A DNA stretch of 64,000 nt, from assembly GCA_963169195.1 (NCBI GenBank), contig CAUJDN010000109.1:5695-69694 (forward strand), given 5' to 3'. A program made the translations under genes and the position numbers. Below are positions 62,563 to 64,000 of the stretch, in pieces. Every line of letters starts with the position of its first letter. Position 1 is the stretch's first letter. The notes beneath the pieces are model-generated. The model searched no databases. It was given only the letters and a program-made list of their open reading frames with translations, and was not told where the DNA came from. The DNA comes from Acidobacteriota bacterium (lineage in GTDB: Bacteria > Acidobacteriota > Vicinamibacteria > Vicinamibacterales > UBA2999).

Positions 62563-63198
62563 CTACAGGAGCGCTTTGATCTCCTTTTCGAAGACGGCCT
62601 TCGGCGCGATGCCCATGTGCTTCTTGCACACCTTGCCGTCCTTCGAGATGAGGAACGAGGCGGGAATGCCCCAGATGGGACCATACGCCTCCTGCACGTC
62701 CTCCCGGCCGAGCCCGAGCAGGACGGGGTAGTTGATCTCGTATTCCTTCGCGAACGCGGCAGCCTTCTCCGCGGTGTCGTCCACCGAGTAGCCGACGACC
62801 ACGAGGTCGTTCCTGTACTGCTCCTGCAGCTCCACGAAGCCGGGGATTTCGGCCTTGCAGGGGCCGCACCACGTGGCCCAGAAGTTCAGCAGTACGACCT
62901 TGCCCTTGTAGTCACTCAGCTTCACGTCCTGGCCATCGAGGTGCTTGATGGTGAAGTCCATGTTCGCCGGTTTGGCGCCGGCATCGCAGGCCGCGCCCTG
63001 CTCCTCCGCGGCGCCCTCGTCGTGCGACGCCAGCGGCGCCATCACCGAGGGCTTGGAGGTGGCGCTGCGCTCCGCCTCGACATCGTGCTGCCACACGAAC
63101 GGCACGCTGATGGCCAGCAGCGCGATGACCGTGGCCGCGAAGGCGGCGAGGCGGATCCTGGAGCTGGGCTGGTGTTCCATTCGATTATTCTGCACCAT
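62563..63198 (-). CDS. TlpA/ResA-like thiol:disulfide oxidoreductase (thioredoxin fold), membrane-anchored
   Basis: VVLLNFWATWCGPCKAEIP contains the CxxC motif. N-terminal TM helix. The alternative start at 63180 avoids overlap with the upstream gene. Confidence 0.9.
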   Translation of the reverse strand: MVQNNRMEHQPSSRIRLAAFAATVIALLAISVPFVWQHDVEAERSATSKPSVMAPLASHDEGAAEEQGAACDAGAKPANMDFTIKHLDGQDVKLSDYKGKVVLLNFWATWCGPCKAEIPGFVELQEQYRNDLVVVGYSVDDTAEKAAAFAKEYEINYPVLLGLGREDVQEAYGPIWGIPASFLISKDGKVCKKHMGIAPKAVFEKEIKALL

Positions 63199-63943
63199 TC
63201 TGCAGGTTGGATGCCATGCGCATCAGGCGGTTCCGCTCCCCCTCGGCCCCCACCAGGAGATAGGTGCGGCCCCCGGCGTTCCACACGACTTCGTCGTGTC
63301 CCATCATCGTCAACGCCTCGGCGGGCCGCTCCAGCCCTGGCAGGATGAACAGGGAGATGGGCGCGCCGTCCACGCGGTACAGGAGGTGGGCAGCCCGCCC
63401 GTCGCCGTAGAGGCAGCGGCGCACGGCGACCAGGCGCCCGCCGTCAGGCCCCAGCGTCGCGGGGACATCCAGCTGCCAGCCGTACTCGCGCAGCAGCTCG
63501 GCCTCGGCCTCGGCCTTGGTGATGGGCTGGTCGTGCGCGTGGCCGTCGATGGCGAAGCACTTGAGGTGGTCGAGAGCCATCTGGGCCGCCAGGACGACCG
63601 TTGACCGGCCGGTGATGACAGGCAGCGCGACGGCCCCGGCGGCCAGCACGACGAGGGCAGCCGCGGCAAAGGCCGACAGGCGCGTCCGCCAGCCGATCTC
63701 CACCGCCGCAGCGGACTCTTCCACAAGCCGGGCCGCCAGGCGGGTCCGCAACCCCGGGGGCGCCGCGTCCAACAGACTGGATCGCCGGGCAGCCAGCGTG
63801 GTTCGCACCAGCCGCTGGACCTCCACCGCGCGGCGGCAGTCGGCGCAGGTCTCCAGATGGGCCTCCACTCGCGTCCGTGCGACGCCGTCCAGCTCACCGT
63901 CCGCATAGGACGCCAGGGTGGGTTCCAGTTGCTCGCACGTCAT
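63185..63943 (-). CDS. anti-sigma factor, zf-HC2 type, single TM
   Basis: The N-terminal MTCEQLEPTLASYADGELDGVARTRVEAHLETCADCRRAV carries the H-x3-C-x2-C motif. TM helix LSAFAAAALVVLAAGAVALPV. Confidence 0.85.
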   Translation of the reverse strand: MTCEQLEPTLASYADGELDGVARTRVEAHLETCADCRRAVEVQRLVRTTLAARRSSLLDAAPPGLRTRLAARLVEESAAAVEIGWRTRLSAFAAAALVVLAAGAVALPVITGRSTVVLAAQMALDHLKCFAIDGHAHDQPITKAEAEAELLREYGWQLDVPATLGPDGGRLVAVRRCLYGDGRAAHLLYRVDGAPISLFILPGLERPAEALTMMGHDEVVWNAGGRTYLLVGAEGERNRLMRMASNLQNGAE

Positions 63944-63966
63944 CGTCAGGTCACCAGGCCGATGTT

Positions 63967-64000
63967 CATAAGACGCCGCCGTTACGAGTTCGTTGCAGGC
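63967..64000 (-). CDS. 3' end of an upstream gene (probably the cognate ECF sigma factor), partial
   Basis: The minus-strand frame reads ...LQRTRNGGVL-TGA, ending 21 nt before the anti-sigma start. The identity is inferred only from position. Confidence 0.3.

Overview
This is a high-GC (about 70% by eye), gene-dense chromosomal segment. There are no rRNA or tRNA genes, no CRISPR array, and no transposase, integrase or phage genes. The gene content fits a soil Acidobacteriota-like organism, though that assignment is only an inference. It includes many MacB/FtsX-type permeases, a Ser/Thr kinase with TPR repeats, ECF sigma/anti-sigma modules, many secreted amidohydrolases and peptidases, and Tat-exported PLP enzymes. 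I call about 65 CDS. Many long ORFs in the supplied track are antisense or out-of-frame shadows typical of high-GC DNA, and I did not accept them.

Main observations:
1. A B12-type radical SAM gene (22390..23835, minus strand) is truncated by the ORF track at an in-frame TGA. Reading through gives the tail ...WYC-U-AEPTAEQVALL. A strong hairpin begins directly after the TGA. This points to a selenocysteine-containing 'CUAEP-tail' radical SAM protein, followed 10 nt later by an ATP-grasp ligase gene.
2. Several families of 8-15 bp tandem repeat arrays sit in intergenic regions. The units are GGGGTTCT, TGCACCCC, CTTGGGGC, CCGCAGATG and a 15-mer CCTCCGTGCTTCGAA. Most carry G4/C4 tracts, several show a strand bias relative to the gene ending next to them, and some run into gene termini.
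3. Five genes share a TAnAnT box placed 7-8 nt before the ATG, which implies leaderless mRNAs.
4. An FAD-oxidoreductase/DUF1365/CFA-synthase operon resembles the furan fatty acid pathway.
5. Smaller items include an orphan V-ATPase subunit-D-like gene, an RRM protein coupled to a SLOG-like protein, and a relic of an FAD-oxidoreductase N-terminus.

All homology statements come from reading the translations by eye; no searches were run. Coordinates of non-CDS features are hand-indexed and should be treated as +/-2 nt. Between about 20.94 and 21.30 kb my hand indexing differed by 1 nt from the ORF track.
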